DNA from: a virus
Lineage: Duplodnaviria > Caudoviricetes
Virus record (IMG/VR): IMGVR_UViG_3300033153_002417
Coordinates: 1-25,567 of that record
DNA: 25,567 nucleotides
Reading direction: 5' to 3' (one strand)
The stretch's first letter is position 1. Each line of letters begins with the position of its first letter. Of this stretch, positions 1 to 8,406 are shown piece by piece. The position numbers and the translations under genes were made by a program. A model generated the notes under the pieces. It worked only from the letters and a program-made list of their open reading frames with translations, was not told where the DNA came from and did no database searches.

Positions 1-2
1 TA

Positions 3-137
3 GAAGGGCTTCAAAGTTCTCAGCGCTCGTCGGGCATCGACCAAAGCGTAGAGATAGAGATGTATAGATCGCAACTTGCCATCCTACGGGCAGCAGCAGA
101 GACAAAAGAGGATGAACCAGGGGGGAGGAAAGACTAG
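3..137 (+). CDS. 3' end of an upstream gene (partial); possibly tape measure protein by position
   Basis: Frame 3 is open from the window start (EGLQSSQRSSGIDQSVEIEMYRSQLAILRAAAETKEDEPGGRKD) to TAG at 135-137, 3 nt before the next ATG. The identity is inferred only from usual myovirus gene order. Confidence 0.55.
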   Translation, partial: EGLQSSQRSSGIDQSVEIEMYRSQLAILRAAAETKEDEPGGRKD

Positions 138-140
138 ATA

Positions 141-1256
141 ATGAGTAAAATAATAAACCAAAGAGGTGGTATACAGGATACGGGTGGGTTAGGTATGGAT
201 AATATAGCTTCTCCAGGTCAACCTACTAATAGAACTGTGAGGGTAGACTCTCACTTGGGGGACGAGAATTGGGTAGGAAAACTTACTTTACAGTACTGGG
301 AATCGGATATTTTCCCTTCGGTAAGAGTTATACCTTTTTTCGAAAATCCCACCATTATAGAATCTCAAAATCCTCGTTATATGAATTATGCTGTTATAGG
401 GAGATCCTCTAACCTGTTTGGGTACTTAGGAGCGGATTCTAGGAAGTTTAATTTGTCGTTCAAATTAAATCTCCCACATATTACTTCTTTACTTAAGCAA
501 TATTCAAATTTGTGGTCCACTCCTCCTAACAAATTGCAAAAAAGAAGAGATATGTTAGTAGCTGAGAATGTAAATCAAGCTGGTTTAGAGAAAGAGGGAA
601 GAGAAAACTCTATGAAGCTGGGATCTTTTACTCAAGAGGTTACTGGTATAGGTACTGCTCAAAGAATGCAGGGTAGAAGTCAGATGAGATCTGCTATGTC
701 TGAGCAAGAAAAAAATAATAGCCAATTAGATCAAATTAAAGAAAAAGAAAAACATTTTGGTGGGGTGGCCCTAGAGTTTGATCAAGAGTATGAGAAGTTA
801 TTGGCGGGAACTCCAGCAGGAAACCTTCAAACCTACCTTTCTTACGACAGTCCTATATATAATTTAAATAAAGAGGGTGCTAAATTACGAAGATCAACTA
901 TCAATCAAGTAGTTTCTCTAATAGCTTCTATAAGATCTACTGTTATAAACAATACGGTTAATCCAGAGTTCGGCCCTCCTATAGTTAGGTTGGATTGGGG
1001 AATCTTGTATAGAGATGTGCCTTGTGTATGTAAAGGATATACTATTAATGTACATGACAAAGCTGGTTATGATAAAAAGACTTTATTACCTCGCATTCTA
1101 GATATTACAATGAATTTAGAAGAAGCCAGAAACTTACAAAATATCTCTGCGGTTACTCAGGATGATATAAAAGGTTGGGAAATTTTAATAGGAACAGATC
1201 AAAATCCTGGTCTTACAATGGACCCAGGGAATTTCAAGAAGGTGAAAAATGGATAA
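141..1256 (+). CDS. Tail tube initiator / baseplate-tube junction protein (CIS-tube/Afp7-like; T4 gp48/54 functional class)
   Basis: 371 aa. Motifs IGRSSNLFGYLGADSRKFNLSF, GPPIVRLDWG...VPCVCKGYTI and LPRILDITMNLEE match the tube-fold initiator pattern (PPxxxxxWG). Lies directly upstream of the LysM/gp53-like gene. Confidence 0.7.
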   Translation: MSKIINQRGGIQDTGGLGMDNIASPGQPTNRTVRVDSHLGDENWVGKLTLQYWESDIFPSVRVIPFFENPTIIESQNPRYMNYAVIGRSSNLFGYLGADSRKFNLSFKLNLPHITSLLKQYSNLWSTPPNKLQKRRDMLVAENVNQAGLEKEGRENSMKLGSFTQEVTGIGTAQRMQGRSQMRSAMSEQEKNNSQLDQIKEKEKHFGGVALEFDQEYEKLLAGTPAGNLQTYLSYDSPIYNLNKEGAKLRRSTINQVVSLIASIRSTVINNTVNPEFGPPIVRLDWGILYRDVPCVCKGYTINVHDKAGYDKKTLLPRILDITMNLEEARNLQNISAVTQDDIKGWEILIGTDQNPGLTMDPGNFKKVKNG

Positions 1257-1560
1257 TTACATGTCTAGATATGATTATGGTGTAAATACAATAATCCATA
1301 AAGGAAAATCTATTACTACTTCGTTAAATACTAACTTTGTGGATACTTTAGATCCAACCTCCCCCCTGGCTAATCATGATATTGCGAGGATTAAACAATA
1401 TGTAAAAGAGAGGCCAGATACTATAGCTGATATATTTTATAACTCTAGTGCATATTGGTGGTACATTTTATTGTATAATAATATAAATGATCCTTTTGAA
1501 GAACTTAACCCGTCCACTAACATTCTTATACCTAAAATAAATGTCAACCTTAGAAAATAA
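1249..1560 (+). CDS. gp53: Baseplate wedge LysM-like protein (T4 gp53 / P2 gpX-like)
   Basis: 103 aa. ERPDTIADIFYNSSAYWWYILLYNNINDPFEELNPSTNILIP is the gp53/LysM signature (ERPDxIAxxxY...WWxI...NNIxDPF). Confidence 0.85.
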   Translation: MDNYMSRYDYGVNTIIHKGKSITTSLNTNFVDTLDPTSPLANHDIARIKQYVKERPDTIADIFYNSSAYWWYILLYNNINDPFEELNPSTNILIPKINVNLRK

Positions 1561-3787
1561 AATAGATTCTGTTAATATAGTTCTAGGAAAGTCCCCAGAG
1601 GATATAGACACTTTTTTTGAAGGTGATTTAACTCCTGATACATTAGTAATAAGTACTGGCAACGGTACTTTAATATCCCTGGACCATTCCTTTGGGGGTG
1701 GTGTTGGTGGGTCGCAGAATGTTGTTTTAAAGTTTGTTGATTCTGGTGGGACTACTTTACAATCTATGATGTCCTTAAATATATCGAATCAGATTAAACG
1801 AGGTCGGATGGGAAGTAAAGAAAACTTATTTCTTATTACTTACGGGTTTGGTTCGGATAGACGAAATTGGAGTCAACCAACTTATCACTATATCTATAAA
1901 CTTGATTTCGATATCATGGCAGATGGGTTAGATATTACTACTGCGTCCTTTACCCCAAGCTTGGCAGTGTATGAGTCTGGGCTTCCAGTCAGGTCTCCAC
2001 TTAGTAAAAAGAATAGAATAATCGAGAAAGAAATTATAGGGGAAATATCAAACGCAGGGCTTGTAACCCTTAATTCTGAAGATAATATAATAAATGCCTT
2101 TTTACGATTAATACAAAAAAGTGGAACTAGAGCTTATGGTCTCCCCACAATAATGAGGATCTCTAAATCCCTTATTAAGAGTTATCTAACTAAAACTTTA
2201 AGTAATAGATTTCCTTCGGCAGTAGAGCTAGACGATAAAGCCTCTTTTAGTATAGCTGAATTAGCCAAATTATCCAATATACTTCCTGAGAAAGAGGGCC
2301 GCAGGAGTAGTTCTCCCGCAGACTTCATGAATTTTGATATAGATATAGATGATAGCACTGATTATAGAGTAAGAGCTACTTTGATTGATGAAAAGCAAGG
2401 AGGTGTGGAGATAGACAATTGGGAAGCCGCAGAAAAGCTGAATGGTTTGCTAACTTTATTAGGTATATCTGGATTTACACTCCAAAAAATGAAATCTTCT
2501 GAATCTCTTCGTTCTACTAAAGCAGAGATATTTGGTATAGGAACTGCTCAACGAGTGGAAGCGAAAAGAGTAGAGGATTTATCTCCTTATTTAACAGATA
2601 GCACTGATATAGATATAGCAACTACTGATATGGAAGAGGTAGATTCTCCTCCTAATACTAAAACTTATTTAGTCCTTGCGCTTTCTTTAAATTATGCAAA
2701 CAGAAGATCAAGTTTTGTATCTGTAATCAGAAACTTATTTTCATACTTAAGAATACTGACAGGTAAGAAATTAGATTTTATTTTGTATACTCAGAACGAG
2801 TCTCCTGCTCTTAGAAAATTAGCTGATGGTGGTTATATAAAAGAGAATGAGGTTAATGCCCCTGTAGTAATTTTTGGTGATCTTATGGATATAATAAATT
2901 CCTTAGGTGAAGGCGCAGGACAGATCCCTTATAGGCAGTACGAGACTGGTGGAGACTATACTTACAATAGAACATTAACACCACCTTTATATCTATCTAC
3001 TTCTAAAAATATTTTAAATGTAGAGGTAAACTCTAAATTGCCAGCGGTAGAATTTTTTACTAACAACACTTTTTATTCTGATGCGGTAGCTAATGGAACA
3101 GAAGAGGAGTATATTAAGTATATAAGTGATTATCTAATGCAGGAAACAGAAAGGTTTACCCCTTCTGAAGAGAATCCTTACTCAGAGGATGTATTTGAGT
3201 ATTATGATTATAAGAAGGCAGCTAAACTTATATGGAAAAGATTAAAAACTAATGACTCCAGAGCTTTTGGGGAGACTGTGCTAACTTCTGAGTCTAAATT
3301 TGGTGGTATGTTAACTTATCTATATTATTACTATAGATACGCTGCTTTAGGAACAGTATTTACTACTATAAAGGCTACCCCACATTTCAATTACTCCTCT
3401 AATATTTTATTGGGACAAGATGCCTTTGTATCTATATTAAGAAATTCTACTCCTTATGATCATTTAATGGATCAGACTTGGAGGGCGAATAATTTTCCCC
3501 CACATAAAGATAGTTTTGTTAGTGGAAGATACAGAATACAAGGATTTACACATTCCATATCTAACTCCACTGCAACATCTACTTTCTATCTACAAAAAGT
3601 TAGTTTAAATGAAATCGGATCCCCTACCGTTGACCCTAACCTTACAGACGAGGGAGAGTTTTCCTTAGGGGGCACAGAAAGCTTATTAACTGGTATGTCT
3701 AAAGATATTAAAGATTTAGCGAAAAATGATTCGCTTCTTGATTATGAGTTCGGGCCAAAGTATGATCCCGCTACCCTCCCTTATTAA
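1541..3787 (+). CDS. Baseplate hub protein (T4 gp27 / GPD / VgrG N-terminal-like), highly diverged
   Basis: 748 aa between the gp53-like and spike genes. C-terminal SFVSGRYRIQGFTHSISNSTATSTFYLQK matches the SGxYxIxxxxHxI hub motif; the rest is unrecognisable by eye. Confidence 0.65.
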   Translation: MSTLENKIDSVNIVLGKSPEDIDTFFEGDLTPDTLVISTGNGTLISLDHSFGGGVGGSQNVVLKFVDSGGTTLQSMMSLNISNQIKRGRMGSKENLFLITYGFGSDRRNWSQPTYHYIYKLDFDIMADGLDITTASFTPSLAVYESGLPVRSPLSKKNRIIEKEIIGEISNAGLVTLNSEDNIINAFLRLIQKSGTRAYGLPTIMRISKSLIKSYLTKTLSNRFPSAVELDDKASFSIAELAKLSNILPEKEGRRSSSPADFMNFDIDIDDSTDYRVRATLIDEKQGGVEIDNWEAAEKLNGLLTLLGISGFTLQKMKSSESLRSTKAEIFGIGTAQRVEAKRVEDLSPYLTDSTDIDIATTDMEEVDSPPNTKTYLVLALSLNYANRRSSFVSVIRNLFSYLRILTGKKLDFILYTQNESPALRKLADGGYIKENEVNAPVVIFGDLMDIINSLGEGAGQIPYRQYETGGDYTYNRTLTPPLYLSTSKNILNVEVNSKLPAVEFFTNNTFYSDAVANGTEEEYIKYISDYLMQETERFTPSEENPYSEDVFEYYDYKKAAKLIWKRLKTNDSRAFGETVLTSESKFGGMLTYLYYYYRYAALGTVFTTIKATPHFNYSSNILLGQDAFVSILRNSTPYDHLMDQTWRANNFPPHKDSFVSGRYRIQGFTHSISNSTATSTFYLQKVSLNEIGSPTVDPNLTDEGEFSLGGTESLLTGMSKDIKDLAKNDSLLDYEFGPKYDPATLPY

Positions 3788-3791
3788 TACT

Positions 3792-4850
3792 ATGACTTAC
3801 GAAGCAAAAATAGCCACTGTTACAGACACTAAAACCTTTCTTAAGCAAGGGACTTATGAGGCTAGAATAGTAGGTACTGATTTAGATGTTACAGTTATTA
3901 TGACTAGTCCTATAGGATCTCAACCTACAGTTACAGAGTACTACTCCTACGCTGGATTGTTTGGGTCTCCTACGCCAGGAACTCAAGTTATTATAAAAAG
4001 AGTAGGGGAGAGTGATTATTGGTATCACGATTCTGTACCCTCCCATACTAATCTTAGGGGTTTATCTCCTGGAGATAGTAGGACTATTACGGGAAATAAA
4101 TTAGGATCTTTACAGTGTATTGGGGATGCAGTGGATACTTATTCTCATTCTAGAGTCCCACAAAAATATGGTCTAATATCCCCAATGGGGAATAAAGTTG
4201 TATTAAGTGATAGTCATAACGAAATTGATAGAGCAATATATGCTAAAATGGAAAGTAAAACTAAGCAAAGAGTTTTGTTTAATTCATCTACTGGAATTTC
4301 AACATTTAGAAATACAGAGGGGGATGGACTTCTTTTAACTTCTAAGAATACTAAATCTCGATATGGACCAAGAAGTATTAGACTTTCCACTTTTGGAAAT
4401 ATAACTGAGTATACTACTAACGGTCAGATTACATTAAAGGTCGGGTCTGCGGGTAGAGTGTTTAATATTATTAATGAAGCTATTAAAAACTTCAACCAGT
4501 CTGGTATAGCGGCTGATAATGATGTTGGGTCGGTTAATGTTGAAAGTCTTGAGAATGATATTACTTTACGGGTTAATAGTAGGGGGACTGGTAGACGAAT
4601 ATTTATAGATGCTACCCAAACAGATGGGTTAGTATGTATAAAGGCTGGGGCTGGGGGAGTTGAGATATATACAGATGGGGATGTTAATATGGCTTGCGGA
4701 GGAGATTTTAATATAAATGCTGGTGGTGACATAAATATGAAGGGTACTAATGTGCATTTAAACCCAGACTTTAATCTACCTAAAACACAGCTTGCAGACT
4801 TTACTAAAGATAATAAGGAATTAGCGGAAGATTCCGCTCCACAGTCATGA
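3792..4850 (+). CDS. Central spike / puncturing protein (T4 gp5 / P2 gpV-like), no lysozyme domain evident
   Basis: N-terminal OB-fold-like YEAKIATVTD...GLFGSPTPGTQVIIKR...WY and C-terminal 8-residue beta-helix repeats GDVNMACG/GDFNINAG/GDINMKGT ending VHLN. Start placed at ATG 3792 (4 nt after the hub stop) rather than the track's 3726. Confidence 0.8.
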   Translation: MTYEAKIATVTDTKTFLKQGTYEARIVGTDLDVTVIMTSPIGSQPTVTEYYSYAGLFGSPTPGTQVIIKRVGESDYWYHDSVPSHTNLRGLSPGDSRTITGNKLGSLQCIGDAVDTYSHSRVPQKYGLISPMGNKVVLSDSHNEIDRAIYAKMESKTKQRVLFNSSTGISTFRNTEGDGLLLTSKNTKSRYGPRSIRLSTFGNITEYTTNGQITLKVGSAGRVFNIINEAIKNFNQSGIAADNDVGSVNVESLENDITLRVNSRGTGRRIFIDATQTDGLVCIKAGAGGVEIYTDGDVNMACGGDFNINAGGDINMKGTNVHLNPDFNLPKTQLADFTKDNKELAEDSAPQS

Positions 4851-7800
4851 CAAAATTTAATCCTAATATGTTAGAAGACCCTTTGGGGACGGGGCTTGAA
4901 CTTGCCTTTGGTTTCCCAGAGTGTTTGGTGGATCTTACTAAAGATTTATTATCTTTATTACCTGGGGATATATTAGGTGGTATAGCTAAGGGTGTATCAG
5001 AGGGCAAGGACGCTGCACAGGACGCTATGGCAACCGTCTTTGAGACTATACATGATAAGTTGGGCATCTTAGAGTACGACTCCACTACAGGCAAGCTCAG
5101 TCTGTTAGGGAACTCTTCTCAAGCTGGGGTGGATAAACAAGCTGATAGTGTATTGGGTAAAGTAGGAGAAACACTAGGCTTTATAGCTGGTGTAGGAATG
5201 GCTCTTTATCGGGCTGGTCAAGATGTAATGGATCAGATAGAAGCTATAGAAAATTGTTTACAGGAGTATAAAGATTTCCTAGATTCCGAAAAGGATGGAC
5301 AAGAATCCAGTAGTGTAACTAGAACTAAAGGTGAATTCTTTGTATTAAAAGCCCAGGCTGCTGCTGCTCAGGCGTATATTGATAAAGCGGATAGAGTATT
5401 GGGAGATATCGCTACTATACTTGGTGAAAGATCAGAGAATCCAGATCTCATTCCTATTTTTGCCCCTATTGATACCCCCATTGAGGAGATATCCCCAATA
5501 TTCCGACTTACTTTTGGCCCACCAAAAGCAAAGAAGGGTAAGTTTTTACTGTCGGTGGATGGGTTATACTATGATTCTCAAACTAGAACATACGCAGATG
5601 GGTCTCCCGTACCAACTACAGAGGATTTAAAGTTTATACCTAATCAGGATAGATGGAAACTAGATCATTCTCCTAATTTAGGGGGTAGGGGTACTGCTTA
5701 TTCAATAAAAGACTTAAATAATTATGTTGATACTATTTTTGATCTCAATAAAATAGATAATTCTACCTCTTTTGAAACTTTTTATGAAGCTGACCATTTT
5801 CTTCAAGTTTTAGAGGCTCAACGGAATCAAGTTATAAGTAATTTGGGGAAAAATATAAAGGAATTACAAGTTAGTGGATATTCTCCCCAGTCTGCGCTGC
5901 ATATAAATTATACCGAGCAGATTAAATCTCAAAATGCTGCTTTTAATAGAAAAATAAACAAAAGAAAGAAGCAAATTGAAGTTGCTGTTAAAGCTCCTGA
6001 TTTATTTGGATCTATAACAGTATTTCCTGTAGGAGAAATTCCTATTAATGATTTTTCCTATCTAAGTTCGATAAATTTAGATGTAGAACTAGAAAAACAA
6101 AGAAATTTAGTTTTTGATCAAGGGGAGATAAGTGGTATAGTACTTCCCATAGTTCCTACCTATGTTCATTCTGATGGTGTGGCTGATAAAGTAGTATTAA
6201 CTCCTTTAGAGATATCTGAGACTGGTATAGGAAGTAATATAGAGGGAGAAGGTCTTACTAGCTCTCCTATGCTCTCTCTTACCAGTAATATAGATACGCA
6301 TGGATTACAGGCAATCTATAATTTTGCTGATGTAAATGTTCAGTTGCCAGCGTCCCAAGAGTTTAAAACCTTAAATTGTGCTACTTTAGGAACTTATAAT
6401 AGAGCCCAATTAGTTTCAACAAGCCTAGCCAATCTATACCCGAAGGGTTTAGGCTTACCTTATTTGACAGGGATACCTAAGTTGTTCAAAAGAGATTCTA
6501 ATTATGAATTTAGGGGAGAGACTTGGGATAGTTGGCCCTTTGAAATTAGAGGTTCAGGAAATTATATTAAATTTCCTGATACAAGTTCTTTCCAAAATTT
6601 AATGTATTCTAATGCGGGGGCTACAGTAGATGTCTGGACTTATATACCAGGGCTTTTTGAAGATCAGATTGCGGCTGGGGATAATTTTTCCGAACATGCT
6701 TTCGATACTAGTGCTTTTGGGTATGAGTTAAGTTCTGGTGGTGGACAGTGGTGTGATTTTCATTACTATAGAGTATTGTTGGGCTGTGAAAACACTGGAG
6801 GGGACAACTTAAATATAGATCAATCTTCTGTAATTATTGATCGAGATTCTGCTAATGTTCGTGGAATGGTAATGGGTTTTAGTAGAGACCCAAGAATGTT
6901 CTATGAAGGTGGTATAGTAGCTCCAGCCGATACAGACCTTAATCCTAGACAGAATTTTGGTGGGTATATCACTTCTGTATCTACTATAGATCCCCCTGCT
7001 GGTGGGCTTTGGGGGTCTAATGGTGTGGCTGGTAATTGGACATTAAGTTCAGACGCTGGGACAGATTTACCTAGCGCATTTTGGCAAGCAAGCGGTACTT
7101 TTACTACTAAAAAAGTTAATGGTGTTGCTGGCTCCGTAATATTTACAGTAGGATCAGATGTGTCTGCTGGGGAAGGTTATACATCTTCTTCTAATGATAC
7201 TTGTTGTGTTTTTTGGACTTCTAGTAATGATTTTGGGGAAACAGCTATAAGTGCTGTACCTTCTATAGCCCCGTTTAATCAAGATTATAATGTAAGATCT
7301 ACTTCTTCTGTATTTTTTATTGCCCCAACCCAATCTTATAATACTTCTACTGTAGGATTTGTAAAGGACTCAGACTGTACTACTGACAGTGCTGATATAC
7401 TAAAGTTTGTAGTGTCCACTAAGAGTTCTACTGGTGGGGTTGATTTTGAAGATATAACATCTAAATTTGTAAACCTACAAATAGTATTCGACCCACCTAA
7501 TGATTTAATTAAGTTTTATGTGAACGGTGTGTTATTTAAGCAGCAAGCCCTCTCTACTGTTTTTGGGGTTCCAGTAGGTAGTGCGCCACAAGTGCCCTCT
7601 TTTATTATCCCTAAAGATTATGCAACTAGTAGTTTTTATTACTCCAAAGATACTGTAACGCAATCATCTGGGGTGGGGGAAGGTCAGCGGGGGGACCAAT
7701 TCCCAACGACTTTATTTGATACTGGACCAAATACTTACCCACAATTCTCCCCGTGGGTAATGGGTGGTGGGTGGACAGACGGGAGACCAGTAAACTTAGC

Positions 7801-7960
7801 AACCTCTTCTGGAGGGTTCATGGATACTGGGGCTGGCATAATAAGCCCTTATAATGGGTATGTAGGAAATGTAAAATTTTATAATAGAGCCCTAAATAAA
7901 ACAGAGGTAACTAATAATTATAAAGCCCAGAAGGACTTTTTTGAGAATATAGATATATAA
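4847..7960 (+). CDS. Large virion protein: N-terminal helical/coiled-coil region plus C-terminal LamG/concanavalin A-like domain with insertions
   Basis: 1037 aa. LamG elements GLQAIYNF, SGNYIKFP, ATVDVWTY, FVNLQIVFD...IKFYVNG, WVMGG and YNGYVGNVKFYNRALNKTEVTNNY. ATGA overlap with the spike gene. Confidence 0.75.
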   Translation: MTKFNPNMLEDPLGTGLELAFGFPECLVDLTKDLLSLLPGDILGGIAKGVSEGKDAAQDAMATVFETIHDKLGILEYDSTTGKLSLLGNSSQAGVDKQADSVLGKVGETLGFIAGVGMALYRAGQDVMDQIEAIENCLQEYKDFLDSEKDGQESSSVTRTKGEFFVLKAQAAAAQAYIDKADRVLGDIATILGERSENPDLIPIFAPIDTPIEEISPIFRLTFGPPKAKKGKFLLSVDGLYYDSQTRTYADGSPVPTTEDLKFIPNQDRWKLDHSPNLGGRGTAYSIKDLNNYVDTIFDLNKIDNSTSFETFYEADHFLQVLEAQRNQVISNLGKNIKELQVSGYSPQSALHINYTEQIKSQNAAFNRKINKRKKQIEVAVKAPDLFGSITVFPVGEIPINDFSYLSSINLDVELEKQRNLVFDQGEISGIVLPIVPTYVHSDGVADKVVLTPLEISETGIGSNIEGEGLTSSPMLSLTSNIDTHGLQAIYNFADVNVQLPASQEFKTLNCATLGTYNRAQLVSTSLANLYPKGLGLPYLTGIPKLFKRDSNYEFRGETWDSWPFEIRGSGNYIKFPDTSSFQNLMYSNAGATVDVWTYIPGLFEDQIAAGDNFSEHAFDTSAFGYELSSGGGQWCDFHYYRVLLGCENTGGDNLNIDQSSVIIDRDSANVRGMVMGFSRDPRMFYEGGIVAPADTDLNPRQNFGGYITSVSTIDPPAGGLWGSNGVAGNWTLSSDAGTDLPSAFWQASGTFTTKKVNGVAGSVIFTVGSDVSAGEGYTSSSNDTCCVFWTSSNDFGETAISAVPSIAPFNQDYNVRSTSSVFFIAPTQSYNTSTVGFVKDSDCTTDSADILKFVVSTKSSTGGVDFEDITSKFVNLQIVFDPPNDLIKFYVNGVLFKQQALSTVFGVPVGSAPQVPSFIIPKDYATSSFYYSKDTVTQSSGVGEGQRGDQFPTTLFDTGPNTYPQFSPWVMGGGWTDGRPVNLATSSGGFMDTGAGIISPYNGYVGNVKFYNRALNKTEVTNNYKAQKDFFENIDI

Positions 7961-7962
7961 TT

Positions 7963-8406
7963 ATGGTATTATACGGGAAAGTAGCAACTAAAATAGTTAA
8001 AGAGTCGATAATTTCTGCTCCACAAACAGTAAGAATAGGTTTACAATGGCCTTCTCGTACTGGTTCGGGTATTCCTTATTTTGATAAATCCACAGGATAT
8101 AATTTATTACGAGATCAAATAAAGCAATTTGTATTAACTCAGAAGGGGGAAAGAGTTATGATGCCAGATTTTGGCACTACATTAATGAATTTTGTGTTTG
8201 AACCATTTACCTCCACATTAGCTAATACCCTAGCTAATGAATTAATCACTGGGATGTCTAAATATATTCCGAATATAAAAGTTAATAAGATTAGATTTTT
8301 CCAAGATGAAAATATTCATGGATTTGGTCTTCCTGGGATACGGGTTCAAATGGCAGTTAGCCCAGAAAAGACTTCTGACATTATAAACATAGAGGTAACA
8401 ATATGA
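7963..8406 (+). CDS. gp25: Baseplate wedge / sheath initiator, gp25/GPW family
   Basis: 147 aa. LLRDQIKQFVLTQKGERVMMPDFGTTLMNFVFEP is the canonical gp25 signature (LxTxxGERxMxPxFG). Confidence 0.93.
   Translation: MVLYGKVATKIVKESIISAPQTVRIGLQWPSRTGSGIPYFDKSTGYNLLRDQIKQFVLTQKGERVMMPDFGTTLMNFVFEPFTSTLANTLANELITGMSKYIPNIKVNKIRFFQDENIHGFGLPGIRVQMAVSPEKTSDIINIEVTI

Noticed and set aside
7670-7783. G-rich runs with G-quadruplex potential (GGG-TAAT-GGG-TGGT-GGG-N9-GGG at 7755-7783)
   Set aside because: Explained by the encoded Gly/Trp-rich peptide (WVMGGGWTDG).
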